Assembly (NCBI GenBank): GCA_001600815.1
Contig: BCKZ01000002.1
Coordinates: 434,001 to 498,000 of the forward strand
DNA from: Alloascoidea hylecoeti
Lineage: Eukaryota
Direction: 5' to 3'
Length of the DNA stretch: 64,000 bases
Below are positions 1 through 11,375 of this stretch, piece by piece; positions within the stretch are counted from its first letter, which is position 1; each line of letters starts with the position of its first letter. A program made the translations under genes and the position numbers. The notes under the pieces were generated by a model. The model saw only the letters and a list, made by a program, of their open reading frames with translations, did not search any database and was not told the origin of the DNA.

Positions 1-399
1 GGTGTATAAAACACCACTAGCAGCATCTGATCCATCAGCAACCACCTGTGTAACCCTAACAAAATCATTTAACAGCCATCGGTATATGGCCTTTGTAGGA
101 TGTGTCATGAACACCCTCCCTTTGAAGTTCGTATGTTGCATAACATAGGGAAGGGCAGCAGCGTGGTCCAGATGGAAATGGGACACCAGCAAAACATCGA
201 CGGTCGATAAATCGTACTCATCGTAGAACGGTAAGCTGGCCAAGCCGGAGTGAGCTGGGTGGATACCAGCATCCAGCATCACGGTATGCCCACCACGGGA
301 GATTACATGGCTCGAGCGGCCGACCTCATTGCCGGCCCCGAGGGTTACAAACTTCAAAGTGTCGCCTTCCACCTCCGTCTCGCTATTTCGTCTTTTCAT
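1..399 (-). CDS. YSH1: CPSF73/Ysh1 pre-mRNA 3'-end endonuclease (metallo-beta-lactamase/beta-CASP), 5' portion; runs off window start
   Basis: Manual translation from ATG at 399: [33 protein letters not shown]...[76 protein letters not shown]. Has the HxHxDH motif. Missing from the ORF track because it is truncated. Confidence 0.96.
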   Translation of the reverse strand, partial: MKRRNSETEVEGDTLKFVTLGAGNEVGRSSHVISRGGHTVMLDAGIHPAHSGLASLPFYDEYDLSTVDVLLVSHFHLDHAAALPYVMQHTNFKGRVFMTHPTKAIYRWLLNDFVRVTQVVADGSDAASGVLYT

Positions 400-595
400 A
401 CTTGGAGCGTAACTAAATTTCAACAGAAAAAGTTTGGTGGGTGGATGTAGTCAGACCTTATGGGTGTCTGAATGTTTGGTTTTTCATACCCATAAAATAA
501 AATATTTAAAATAATTACAAATTTAAATTTCCTCCAAAATTTTCAGATTCCTGCAAAAACAGCAGAATTGGCACAATTGGATAAAACTCAGTAAA

Positions 596-3500
596 ATGAC
601 TGTTTCTTTTGTTAAACAGGCCGATTTTAAGGTGGAATATTCTCCTTCTCATATCCGCAAGTGGATCTCAAGACGTACAGGTTTACAGGTCGCACTCATT
701 CAGCAGGAATCTCCCACCGTAAATGGTTATTTTGCCGTGGCCACGGAAATTGAGAATGACAGTGGTTCTCCTCACACTTTAGAACATTTGATCTTCACAG
801 GTTCTAGGAAATATCCTTATAGAGGCTTATTAGATGTTTTAAGTAATGTTACGTTCTCTTCAACAAACGCTTGGACCGCGACTGATTCAACTGTTTATAC
901 TTTAGACACTGCAGGCTGGGATGGTTTTAAAATGTTATTACCTGTTTATTTGGATCATGTTCTTAACCCTACTTTGACTGAAAATGCTTGCTATACAGAG
1001 GTTTATCATGTCGATGGTGATGGTCTGGATAAAGGTGTTGTATATTCGGAAATGCAAGGTGTTGAAAATACTTCTGAATTTCAGGCTGATTTGGCCGATA
1101 GAAGAGCGATGTTTAGTGAGAAAAGCGGTTATTCATCAGAAACTGGTGGCTTATTAAACAGACTACGTGTTTTAACAAATGATGAAATCAGATCTTTTCA
1201 TAAATTAAGATATAGACCTGATAATCTTTGTATCATTATAACTGGTATAGTAGATCCTGAAGAATTACTTACCGTAATTGAGCCATTTGATAACGAATTA
1301 CCTACATTGAATGGAAGAAATTATCGTCCTTTTGTTGATGCCGTTAGAGAACTACCGCCTACTAAAGATACTATTCAAATTATTGAATTCCCTGATGAAG
1401 ATGAAAGTGTTGGTGATATTTTAATATCATGGATGGGTCCTGAATATTCAAATATTTTGGATGACTTGGCAATTGATATATTGGGAAGTTATTTAACTGA
1501 ATCATCAATTGATCCATTACAACGTGAAATTGTTGAGATTGATGATCCATTAGCTAATTATGTTTCAATTTATCCAACAACTTATGTTAATAATATTACA
1601 CAATTATCATTAGGTGGTGTGCCAACTGAAAAATTAAAAGAATGTGAATTTAAAGTTAATCAAGTAATTAAATCACAAACAATTTTAGAAAATTTTGATT
1701 TGAATAGAATTAAAGATATTGTAGAAAGTTCAAAATTAAAATATATTTTACAAGCTGAAAAAAGTTCAAATAGTTTGGCTGAATCAATCATATCAGATTT
1801 CTTATATGGTAAAGAAGATGGTTCTGAATTAAAATCACAAACAGCTGATTTAAAAGAATATGATATTTTATCAAATTGGACTAGTGAACAATGGATTAAT
1901 ATTCTTAGAAAATATTTTGTTGAAAATAAACATATTTCAACATTATCTAAACCATCAAAAGAATTATATGAAAAGTCACAAGTTGATGAAAAGAAAAGAA
2001 TTGAAACTAGAAAATTAAAACTTGGAAAAGATGGATTAGAAAAATTAAAGAAAAAATTAGAAGAAACAGAAAGGGAAAATAATCAAGAAATACCAAAAGA
2101 AATAACTGATTTATTCCAAACTCCTGATCCCTCAAAAATTCATTTTATTAATACTGAATTTGCAGAAACTGGTTTAGGTTCGATTATTAATGAAGGTAGT
2201 AATATTCAAAAATTAATTACGAATAATACTCCAAAAGATTTTAAACTTTCCACCCATTTTGAACATTATCCAAGTGAATTTGTACAGATTAGAGCAATAT
2301 TCCCAACAAATACAGTTCCAATTGATTTATTACCATATATTGATGTTATAATTTCAGAACTTTTATTTAGTTTACCAATTGAATTTCCAACTGGTGAAAA
2401 ATTATCGTTTGAAGAAGTTATTTCAAAACTTTCAAAAGATATTGTTAATTATTATGTATTTCCATCATTTACTGAACAATTTTCAGAATATATAACAATT
2501 ACATTTATTTCAAAAAGAGAAAATTATAAAAAATCAATTAAATGGTTAAAAGATATATTATTTTATACAAAATTTGATAAATCAAGAATAAAAGTTGCAA
2601 TTAATAATTATTTAAATGGATTGCCTGATAAAAAAAGATCTGCTAGTACAATGCTTGATTCAATAATGACTCGAACAATTTTAAATGATAAATCGATGAA
2701 AAGAGCAAAAGATATATTATCAACTGAAGATTTTGTTTTTGAATTATTAGATGATATTGAAACCGAATTTGAATCCATTGTTGAAGATTTAGAAAAAGTT
2801 AGATCTTCTTTATTTTCATTGGATAATGCAAGAATCTTGGTTTGTGGTAATATTGAAAAGTTAGAAGATCCTGTTAAATCATTAACTCTCCTCACTGATA
2901 ATAAAGATATTAAAATTACAGGACCACCAAAAATCATCCATAGTCTTAACTTCTTAACTGAAAAGGGTAAATCATTATCTGGAGAAGCAAATATTATTGC
3001 AGTCCCAGGAACAGAATCCTCTTTTCTTATTGCTGTAACCAAGGGGCCAACAGACTACACTGATGAAGATTTACCTGCTTTAAGACTAGCAGCATCTTAT
3101 TTACAAGCTGTTGAAGGGCCATTTTGGAAAGGGATTCGTGGTGCAGGTTTAGCATATGGTGCAAATGCTAGACAATCTGTTGAATTAGGACAAATTGGAT
3201 TTGAAATTTACCGTGGTACAGATGGTTATAAGGCCTTTAACACAGCAAAAAAACTCGTTGAAGATTTAGCAAATGGTGTAACACCAATTGATGATATTTT
3301 ATATAGAGGTTCATTATCATCAATAATTAATTCTATTGCATCTCGTGAAAATGATTATTTCTCAACGTCTGTTAAAAATTATCAAAATCAAGTTTTCATT
3401 GGACGTGACAGGGATTATAATACAAAATCAATTGAAAAATTAAAAAATGTTGATTCTGATCAGTTAAGAAATTCAATTAAGAAATATTTTGAACCAATTT

Positions 3501-3694
3501 TTAATAGTAAAACAGGAATTGTTTTTGTTGCTTGTCATCCTTCTGCTGTTGAAGAATTTGAGAAGAATTTTAAAAATGATGGCTTTGAAGTAAATATAGA
3601 AGTTGTAACAAATGATAGTGATAGTGAATCAGGTTCGGAAAGTGGATGTGAATCTCATGATCATGATCATAATCATAATCATAATCATAATTAG
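596..3694 (+). CDS. SDD3: M16 (insulinase/pitrilysin) family zinc metallopeptidase, YOL098C/Sdd3-like
   Basis: 1032 aa; inverted zinc motif HTLEH (HxxEH), NAWTATD, GVVYSEMQG, GPFWKGIRGAGLAYGA. Confidence 0.85.
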   Translation: MTVSFVKQADFKVEYSPSHIRKWISRRTGLQVALIQQESPTVNGYFAVATEIENDSGSPHTLEHLIFTGSRKYPYRGLLDVLSNVTFSSTNAWTATDSTVYTLDTAGWDGFKMLLPVYLDHVLNPTLTENACYTEVYHVDGDGLDKGVVYSEMQGVENTSEFQADLADRRAMFSEKSGYSSETGGLLNRLRVLTNDEIRSFHKLRYRPDNLCIIITGIVDPEELLTVIEPFDNELPTLNGRNYRPFVDAVRELPPTKDTIQIIEFPDEDESVGDILISWMGPEYSNILDDLAIDILGSYLTESSIDPLQREIVEIDDPLANYVSIYPTTYVNNITQLSLGGVPTEKLKECEFKVNQVIKSQTILENFDLNRIKDIVESSKLKYILQAEKSSNSLAESIISDFLYGKEDGSELKSQTADLKEYDILSNWTSEQWINILRKYFVENKHISTLSKPSKELYEKSQVDEKKRIETRKLKLGKDGLEKLKKKLEETERENNQEIPKEITDLFQTPDPSKIHFINTEFAETGLGSIINEGSNIQKLITNNTPKDFKLSTHFEHYPSEFVQIRAIFPTNTVPIDLLPYIDVIISELLFSLPIEFPTGEKLSFEEVISKLSKDIVNYYVFPSFTEQFSEYITITFISKRENYKKSIKWLKDILFYTKFDKSRIKVAINNYLNGLPDKKRSASTMLDSIMTRTILNDKSMKRAKDILSTEDFVFELLDDIETEFESIVEDLEKVRSSLFSLDNARILVCGNIEKLEDPVKSLTLLTDNKDIKITGPPKIIHSLNFLTEKGKSLSGEANIIAVPGTESSFLIAVTKGPTDYTDEDLPALRLAASYLQAVEGPFWKGIRGAGLAYGANARQSVELGQIGFEIYRGTDGYKAFNTAKKLVEDLANGVTPIDDILYRGSLSSIINSIASRENDYFSTSVKNYQNQVFIGRDRDYNTKSIEKLKNVDSDQLRNSIKKYFEPIFNSKTGIVFVACHPSAVEEFEKNFKNDGFEVNIEVVTNDSDSESGSESGCESHDHDHNHNHNHN

Positions 3695-4119
3695 ATCTTG
3701 AAGTTTTCATCATATTTTAATGGATTAAAATTATTTTTACTATTTCCATTAATTAATAATGTGTAAATTTCATTGGAAGACTCTGTGCTCTGTAACTCAT
3801 AATGAAATGTGCTGAAAAAGGATCTGGCAGTGGGAACTTCTTTCTTTCTTCAAAACCTCATGTCAACCATGCCCACCTTAAGGTTCAAAAGTTCAATACC
3901 GTAGGTATTTGCAGGGAAATTATGGCATCAATTGATGCATGGGCATGGCTAACACTAAAATGTAATATGATATATACATATCAATCTTTTTTTAACAATT
4001 AAAATTGCTTTTTCTGAAGTGTCACCCACAGCGCTTACTTATAAACACAAACACAAACACATACATTTCTATAATTATATTCAAATACATATTTAAACCA
4101 CTTAAATATTTACTCCACA

Positions 4120-5460
4120 ATGAAATTTCTTAATCCATACATTTTCTTCATATCCGTTTTGTCAATATCGACTACAAAGGCAACTCCTTATTGGAAGGAA
4201 GACAAATACTGTGATTTTAACTACAACCAAGGTCTTATATCTCTTCCACTTTTCGCTGATACTCCCCCTTCATTCAGTGATCCTTTGGAGTATAATTTAG
4301 TCCCTTATACTGGATTCAAAGTCTTTCATATTTTTAATAATGGCCTCAGAATTGGTTATAATAAAGGTATAAAGCTGGTGCATTGTACTTTGGGAGAAGT
4401 TGATAAAGAGGAAATGATAGCTACGGAGTACTTTGATCCTGTACCTTGGAACAAGCCCATATTTGTTTATCAACCTGGAAAAAATCTGAATTCTTTTTAT
4501 GATTTATTTGCAAAATTGTTTACAAAGGAAAGATATAATATTGACTTTAATAGAGATGTTAGAAGAGTTATCAAAGCAAAACTTGAAGAAAAAACTGTTT
4601 CATCAAGAATACTCTATGAGAGTTCTCTAAAGGATAAGACTTTTGATTTAAACGATTTTATGAAAGATTTCACCAAAATTAAAATGGTACGGAGGAAAAA
4701 ATTTTTAAAAAGAAAGTTACCTATTTTCCTTCCTCATCAATGGGTTGGAGGATTGTTTGAATGCCCAAAACCAACTCAAGAATATCTTTCAACTATTCCT
4801 CCAATTGCTGAAGATGCGATCAAATATCTTAATGATTATCCTTGTCCAAATGAATTGGCTATTCCTTTAAGACCTCTCATTGCAGATAATATGTTTACAT
4901 TTGAAGAAGTTAGTTATCCCAATGATCATATTCTAGATATGGAAATTATTTCAGCAGCGCCTCTTCTATACACTCCTGATCCTTCAATAGATTTACGTTT
5001 CCGAGAATTAACTAGAAAACATTGGGCAAAACAATTAGATATCAATGAAAATTATAATTTTACAAAAGAAGATGATACAATCTTTGAAAAATATAACAAT
5101 GAATTATTTAAGTTTATTCAATTTATAATTCCAGAAATTAATTATGAATTATTATTTAAAATGATTAATTTGGAGTTTGAAAATTTTAAGAGCTTGTTTA
5201 AAAAATTTAATCATAATTATAAAATTAATGATCATGAACTTCAGTCAAAATTATTAAACTTTACCAAAAAAGAATTCAAAATCCTTTCAGGAATTCCCGA
5301 ATCTGAACTTGACTATAAACATGACTACAACAATGCCAATTATATTGATTTAGAACCCTCGGTAACTATGATTGATGAAGCCAAACAAAATATTAAAAAA
5401 TATATAGGACTTCGTAAGCAAAAGAAAGTACACAACCACAAGTCTGATCAAAAATTATAG
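4120..5460 (+). CDS. Hypothetical secreted protein (orphan)
   Basis: 446-aa open frame with host-like codon use and an N-terminal signal-peptide-like segment (MKFLNPYIFFISVLSISTTKA); no family recognised. Confidence 0.7.
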   Translation: MKFLNPYIFFISVLSISTTKATPYWKEDKYCDFNYNQGLISLPLFADTPPSFSDPLEYNLVPYTGFKVFHIFNNGLRIGYNKGIKLVHCTLGEVDKEEMIATEYFDPVPWNKPIFVYQPGKNLNSFYDLFAKLFTKERYNIDFNRDVRRVIKAKLEEKTVSSRILYESSLKDKTFDLNDFMKDFTKIKMVRRKKFLKRKLPIFLPHQWVGGLFECPKPTQEYLSTIPPIAEDAIKYLNDYPCPNELAIPLRPLIADNMFTFEEVSYPNDHILDMEIISAAPLLYTPDPSIDLRFRELTRKHWAKQLDINENYNFTKEDDTIFEKYNNELFKFIQFIIPEINYELLFKMINLEFENFKSLFKKFNHNYKINDHELQSKLLNFTKKEFKILSGIPESELDYKHDYNNANYIDLEPSVTMIDEAKQNIKKYIGLRKQKKVHNHKSDQKL

Positions 5461-6687
5461 ATATTTATTATAGAATTTTAGTATGATAAATATAAAGTAT
5501 TTTGCAAATGATTTTAGATAAACCTTAGTATTTAGCTCATAATTACCATAGCGCAAATTTAGCCTGCTATATATGAACACCGATTATCAGAAAAACAATA
5601 GAACTACCTAATATAAGATTTTTATAGTTTCATAAGTTAAATATAGGCCTATAATTAGTATAGCTGGTTAATTCTTCTTGAGGTACCCAATTACAATTAT
5701 ATTAGTATTGTAGTAACGCTGGTAAAATTGTTTGTGTGTGTTAAATATAAAATTTAATTTCAATTAATATTGATCAGCTTTATAATTACCCTTTTTACAT
5801 ATATTAATTCCTTTGTTATATTAATATATATTCATTAACGTTATTGGTTATTTAATACTACTATCTTTTGTCCCCATTCCTTAGATAAAGATGTGGCTAT
5901 AATTATAAACTGAGCCTTCTTATTTTTTCTTTCTTTCTTCATCACACGCAATATTTGATTAGAAATAATAATAATCTATTTAATATGTTAGTTATGATAC
6001 TATTAATATTTAATTACCTTAATTTATTAGTTTGTTTCCTCTTATAAACCTTCTAGATCTTCCTTTGGTTTCTTCAATAAATCTTTCTTAATCCATATTT
6101 AAATAGAAGTAATGCTATCATAACTGCTGAAGATACTACATAACAATTTAAACATGTACTAAAAAATGGAAGAAGAATATAAGAAGACATGGCTGCAATC
6201 AATTGCAATAAAAAAAGTGATTTGATAAAGGATATCGGTGTCGATATCGATGAAATTGGAATGTCCAGGAAGAAAGATACGTGATTCTAAAAATAGTGAT
6301 AGGGATTAATTAATTAGGATTATTTATTAAATTATGATTAATCATTCTGGTTAATAGTTAACACATAATTATTTGTGTGTTCGATTTCTCTATATTTGTT
6401 AAATTTATATATAATAGGTAAACCTTCAGCTAGATATTACCTTACCTTCTAATCATTGATTGGTTAAGCTTTTTTTTATCTAGCTGTCTATCTATAGAAG
6501 GATAATTAAATTTTCAAGAAAAATTCCTTTATAATATTAGTTATAGAATAATGTTTGTTTGATGTTTATTGTTTAATGTAATATATGCAATTGGAACCTT
6601 TAAATTTGGTATGTACTAATACTTCAAGTATTCTATATTATTTACATTTAAATCAATGGCTATAAATAACTGATTAATATTTTCTTT

Positions 6688-8073
6688 TTAGTAAAATGAA
6701 GGTTCAGTTCCACAAATTTCCTTCATATTATTAATAAAAGTTGTATAAAAATCATTCCATATAGCAACCCCTTCACAATCTTTTAATTTTTTATTTGTTT
6801 TAATACCTTTATTTTTATAACATATTGGAATATCATAACCTAAACCAGTCATAACTTTCCAAGGTTTTGGAATTGGCCAATCTGAGAAATGGATATGTTT
6901 TAATTTTGAACGAATTAATGTTGAATCAAAATTTGAATTATCCCAATAATAATTTTCAGTTTTTGAATTTTTGAATGAATTAATTGCAATTTCTGTATCT
7001 TCAGGATTTGCTAAATATGCTTTATGATTTATATTTACAAATTCACTTGTTAAAACACCATATTTTGAGTGTGGTAATATAAGACATTCAGGTATTGGTA
7101 AATCTTTATCTAAAGATTTTTCACGACATGTTTTATAATCAAATACTTTATTAATAATTTCCATATCATATTCATTTTCTTGTCTTGAAGAAGAATATTG
7201 TTGTAATAAATCAAAATATACTTTTGATGGTTTAATAATCATTATATGACTACCCCAAATAAAATTTCCATTTATATCGTTGCCCTTTTCACTTTCACTT
7301 TCAATTTCATTTTCATTTTCATTTTCTTTTTCTTTTGAAGAAGAAAAAATATCCCACCAATGTTTCTCTGGTACTTCTTTTGGTTTAACTAACCAATAAG
7401 CCCTTGGCATTGCAACAATACTTTCAGGTATGAAAAACAATTCATCTAAATTCTGTAAAACCATAGAATCAGAATCCATATAAATAATTCTTTTATATTC
7501 AATTAATTCAAAAGCATTTAATTTTGCAATACTTGAACCCCAATTTGTTTTATCAGCACCAGCATCAACAGGTTTTATAATAATTTTATATCTAAAAGAT
7601 GCTTCTTGAATTTTTTGAAATTCAGGTGATGATTCATAATCCCAAATTTTATTATATAAAAGAATAAATTTTGCCTTTGTTTGTAATTTTGAAAGTTGAG
7701 AAAACATTATTATTGCATTACAAAGATATTGAGGAGATGTGGCATATAAAACATAAGCATATTTTGACCAATCAATACCATGATCATGATGTTTTTGTTG
7801 TAACTGAGATTCAATATTTTCTAAAGTAGTTTCTGGTATCAGATCAACTATACTTTTTGTGATAATAACTGGTGATGGTGGTGTTGATGTTTGTGTTGGT
7901 ATTATTGGTTTGTCCACAGTTACAGAAGCAGGCTGAGTTTGAGGCCTACTCAATAAGTAAAAAATTGAAAGTAGGAGAAGTGAAGCAATAAGGTATCTTT
8001 TTTTGAACCTTCCTCCAACAACCCTGATTCTTTTTTTAAAACGCTGCCGTGGCCTCCGATTTGAAGGGGCCAT
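6688..8073 (-). CDS. GNT1: Glycosyltransferase family 8, Gnt1-like Golgi N-acetylglucosaminyltransferase (type II membrane protein)
   Basis: Basic N-tail plus TM (YLIASLLLLSIFYLL), DWSKYAYVLYAT...YLCNA, DxD motif (YMDSD), AMPRAYW, YDMEIIN, HFSDWPIPKPW. Confidence 0.88.
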   Translation of the reverse strand: MAPSNRRPRQRFKKRIRVVGGRFKKRYLIASLLLLSIFYLLSRPQTQPASVTVDKPIIPTQTSTPPSPVIITKSIVDLIPETTLENIESQLQQKHHDHGIDWSKYAYVLYATSPQYLCNAIIMFSQLSKLQTKAKFILLYNKIWDYESSPEFQKIQEASFRYKIIIKPVDAGADKTNWGSSIAKLNAFELIEYKRIIYMDSDSMVLQNLDELFFIPESIVAMPRAYWLVKPKEVPEKHWWDIFSSSKEKENENENEIESESEKGNDINGNFIWGSHIMIIKPSKVYFDLLQQYSSSRQENEYDMEIINKVFDYKTCREKSLDKDLPIPECLILPHSKYGVLTSEFVNINHKAYLANPEDTEIAINSFKNSKTENYYWDNSNFDSTLIRSKLKHIHFSDWPIPKPWKVMTGLGYDIPICYKNKGIKTNKKLKDCEGVAIWNDFYTTFINNMKEICGTEPSFY

Positions 8074-8720
8074 TTTATTTATTTGTGATTGTGATTAATT
8101 CGGTGTTACACATTTTAAATAGAAAATGAAAAATGAAAATGAAAAAAACGTTTTCCTTAGATGTGAGATGATCATGTTGTACCAATAATTCACTTAACTG
8201 TTTTATGAATATTTAGGAGGAATTTCACGAAAGAAATTTGTATTATGTACCGAAACTATTAGGTTCCATTGGACGAAACTAAAGAAACTAACTTTTTCAA
8301 ATTTTAAAAATGAAACAAATTTCAAAATCATATAATTTATTAAAAAGATTCTATAACAAAACACCATATACGTATACGTATACCTTCATAAATTATATAT
8401 AAATTATATATATAATATTATAACCCTAAACAATTCCTGCAAATCCATCTATCCCAATCCAAGAACAATTCAAGAACGGTTTTAAAAAATCTCAAAATAA
8501 AAAAAAAGAAGCATATATAATTTAAATCAATCGATAATAATAAAATAAAATTCAATAAATAATAATAAAATCAACCATTATTGTCAGGTTAAACAAATGG
8601 CTTTGTAAATTTGTATAAAATATAAAACTAATATTATAGTAAAGAAGATAATACTATATAATTAATTCAATTGAGATCGAGTAGTGAAATTTTCATAATT
8701 ATAATTATAATTATGATAAT

Positions 8721-11336
8721 TTAAAGAACAACTTGTAAAAAATCATCAAGACCATTAACATCATTATCTAAAGCATTATCATAATTCATTAACATTACAT
8801 TTAAAACATGATGAATTTGTAACCATGATAAATGAATAAATCTAATAAAACATTTACTAATTTGTTTATTTAAATTTGTTAAATTTTCAAAAGTTGATAA
8901 ATTATCAATATCAACATTATTATTATTTATAATAATATCGGAAGTTGATGATGTTGAGGTTATAAAATCAATATTATTTGGAATATCATTAATAATATTT
9001 TTTAAGTTTAAATCATTCATAATATTATTATTAATTAAATCAATTGTAAAAATATCTTGTTTTTCAATAAGATATGGAGTAGTTGTTTCTAAATTTGAAT
9101 TGTTAATCAAAGAATTAATTGTTGAACAAGCTGTTGTTGATGAAGTATTTAAATCATAAATTAATTTAAAACCAAATATAATTGAAATTAATTTAATACT
9201 AAAATAAAATTTCTTTTTTATTTTTGTTAAATTTAATGGATCAATTCTATCAATTGAAGAATGATTTAATTCTTGAGTTAATTTTTTACGATTATAATGA
9301 TTTTGATTTTGATTTTGATTTTGATTTTGATTTTGATTTTGATTTTGATTTTGATTTTGATTATGAATATGATTATGAATATGATTATGAATATGATGAT
9401 TATGATGAGTATGAGTATGATTATGATTTAAATTATTAATATTTTCTGGTAAATTATTTGATTTTGAATTATAATGTTTATCAAGTGTTTGTGAAAATTT
9501 AGCAAAACAAGATTGTGCAAACTTTCTTTCTTGTTGTAATGTTAATTCATTACAAGATGATAATAATCTTGTTGGAGTAATTGATACGTTTAAAAATTCA
9601 TCAACATTATTATCTTTCAATGGTGAAGTTGATGATGATGATGATAATAATTGTTCTTTTCTCCAATTAATTAATTTTTCACAAACACTTTTCTTTAATA
9701 AATAAATACCAAAATCTGAAAATAATAATGAAGATAATTGTAATAAATCTTCATTTTTAATTAAATTAATTAACTGAGATTTATAATTTGAATTCAATAA
9801 ATCATTATTATTAATTATATCAAATGATGATGAATCAGAATTTAAAGATAATATAGATGAATCTAATGATGATGTAGAAGAAGCATCTTTTGAAATTAAA
9901 TGACCAACGTTTGAAATTGCAAAAGGTAATTGATTATCATTTTTATTTAAATTTAAATTTAAATTTAAAAATGATGAACTATCATCCCAATTAAAAAATT
10001 GAATATCAAATTGTTTAAATTTTTTTAAAAAAATTTTTTTTAAGCCATTAATATTATTATTATATTGATGATCAATTAAATCACATTTTGAAATAATTGG
10101 AATTAAAGGTAAATAAATTGATAATTTTTTTAAATCTTTTAAAATATCATTTGTTAAAAGATTAATATTTGGATCTAATAAATAAAAACAACAATCTATA
10201 TAATTTAATCCTTGATTTGAAGTAATTAAATGATTTGTAAAACTTGAAGAATTAAAATTAATTAATTGTGTTATATTTTGATAATTATCTTCAATTAAAG
10301 AAGATGATATATTTTTGATTGATGTTAAAGAAGTATTAATATTTATAAAATGAATATTATAATCAAGATCTTGTTGTTCTAAAGAGGCGGTTTCTTCAAA
10401 GTTTGGGAAATTAATTGTTGAGTTATGAAACAATGGTTTTGTTGAGCAACGAATTGATTTATTTTTAATTTTTTCATCAATATCATGATCATGATCATTT
10501 GTTGTTTCAACATCAACGATATGATTACAATTTTTTATAATTGATTGAATAAAATGGGATTTTCCAACATTTTCCGAACCAAGGACTAATATATTCAAAT
10601 TAGGTAATCTTAAACCAATATCAGTAAATTGGCGTTTTGAAGGCAGAGAAAGTCGTGGCATTATTAAGGTTGGCAAAGAAGCATCTTGAGTATTAGTGTT
10701 AGTGTTTGAGCCTAGATGTAGATTCAATGAGTCAATATCGATATTGATATCATGAAAAGAAGGTGAGATTGAACGGGATCTTGAAGAAATAATATCCTGA
10801 TCGTCATCCATTTGGTCATCCATTTGTACAGACAAATCATCATCCAAAAGCCAGCTGGATTCGCAAAAGGGAGAGGTAATTTCGTCAGTGATGTCCGATA
10901 AGATAGGGGTAGACATGGATACCGCCGAACACCCCTCCTGTTCTGAGGGTGCCCTGGAGCGAGGCGAAAGAGGGGCCGCGGGGGCCGCGGGGGGACGCGA
11001 GGAAGACGAGGAATGGACCACCTGCAGGGTATCCAGATCGGGGTTGTTCAGCAACTGCAGGATGGAAGAGTGAGGGTTGAACAGGGCATTGCGCGATTTG
11101 GCCGATATGGTGTGCGCAGATTCCGCAGAAACAGGCGCAGTTTGCGTGTGGAGGCAGTCGAGGTCGCGGGGTGCGTGGGCGTGGGCGTGCGACGAGGGCG
11201 ACGAGGGCGACCCGGACGGGTCACTGCTGGAAACCACGAAATGGAAGTTGGAGGCAGCCATTTGCATTCGATGCTGTGGAAGAGAACAGAACAGAACTTT
11301 GAAGTACCCCTCCTGCGCACGTGATGTTATCGCCAT
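8721..11336 (-). CDS. Septin-like P-loop GTPase-domain protein with C-terminal hydrophobic anchor; start may be 11267 or 11261
   Basis: LIMPRLSLPSKRQFT, NILVLGSENVGKS (G1), IDCCFYLL, LIPIISKCD (septin-type G4), PFAIS, DPLNL followed by hydrophobic FYFSIKLISIIFGFKLIY. Confidence 0.75.
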   Translation of the reverse strand: MAITSRAQEGYFKVLFCSLPQHRMQMAASNFHFVVSSSDPSGSPSSPSSHAHAHAPRDLDCLHTQTAPVSAESAHTISAKSRNALFNPHSSILQLLNNPDLDTLQVVHSSSSSRPPAAPAAPLSPRSRAPSEQEGCSAVSMSTPILSDITDEITSPFCESSWLLDDDLSVQMDDQMDDDQDIISSRSRSISPSFHDINIDIDSLNLHLGSNTNTNTQDASLPTLIMPRLSLPSKRQFTDIGLRLPNLNILVLGSENVGKSHFIQSIIKNCNHIVDVETTNDHDHDIDEKIKNKSIRCSTKPLFHNSTINFPNFEETASLEQQDLDYNIHFININTSLTSIKNISSSLIEDNYQNITQLINFNSSSFTNHLITSNQGLNYIDCCFYLLDPNINLLTNDILKDLKKLSIYLPLIPIISKCDLIDHQYNNNINGLKKIFLKKFKQFDIQFFNWDDSSSFLNLNLNLNKNDNQLPFAISNVGHLISKDASSTSSLDSSILSLNSDSSSFDIINNNDLLNSNYKSQLINLIKNEDLLQLSSLLFSDFGIYLLKKSVCEKLINWRKEQLLSSSSSTSPLKDNNVDEFLNVSITPTRLLSSCNELTLQQERKFAQSCFAKFSQTLDKHYNSKSNNLPENINNLNHNHTHTHHNHHIHNHIHNHIHNQNQNQNQNQNQNQNQNQNQNHYNRKKLTQELNHSSIDRIDPLNLTKIKKKFYFSIKLISIIFGFKLIYDLNTSSTTACSTINSLINNSNLETTTPYLIEKQDIFTIDLINNNIMNDLNLKNIINDIPNNIDFITSTSSTSDIIINNNNVDIDNLSTFENLTNLNKQISKCFIRFIHLSWLQIHHVLNVMLMNYDNALDNDVNGLDDFLQVVL
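9295..9428. repeat. Coding hexanucleotide microsatellites (GATTTT)n and (TATGAA/TATGAT)n encoding (NQ)n and His-rich tracts
   Basis: About 10 tandem GATTTT units followed by TATGAT/TATGAA units, visible directly. Confidence 0.95.
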
Positions 11337-11375
11337 CAGAAGATAGCACCTTACCCGGCCAGAGATAGCAGGCAG

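Noticed and set aside
1..399. Alternative CUG genetic code (Ser or Ala)
   Set aside because: CTG occupies invariant Leu positions in YSH1 (MLDAG, HLDH)
6074..6456. 38-aa hydrophobic minus ORF (6190-6074) with a nearby GTAAGG donor and TAG acceptor
   Set aside because: The spliced upstream ATG is out of frame with it, and hydrophobic ORFs arise easily in T-rich DNA
9224..9439. ORF of DF/YEYD repeats
   Set aside because: Antisense reading of the coding microsatellite
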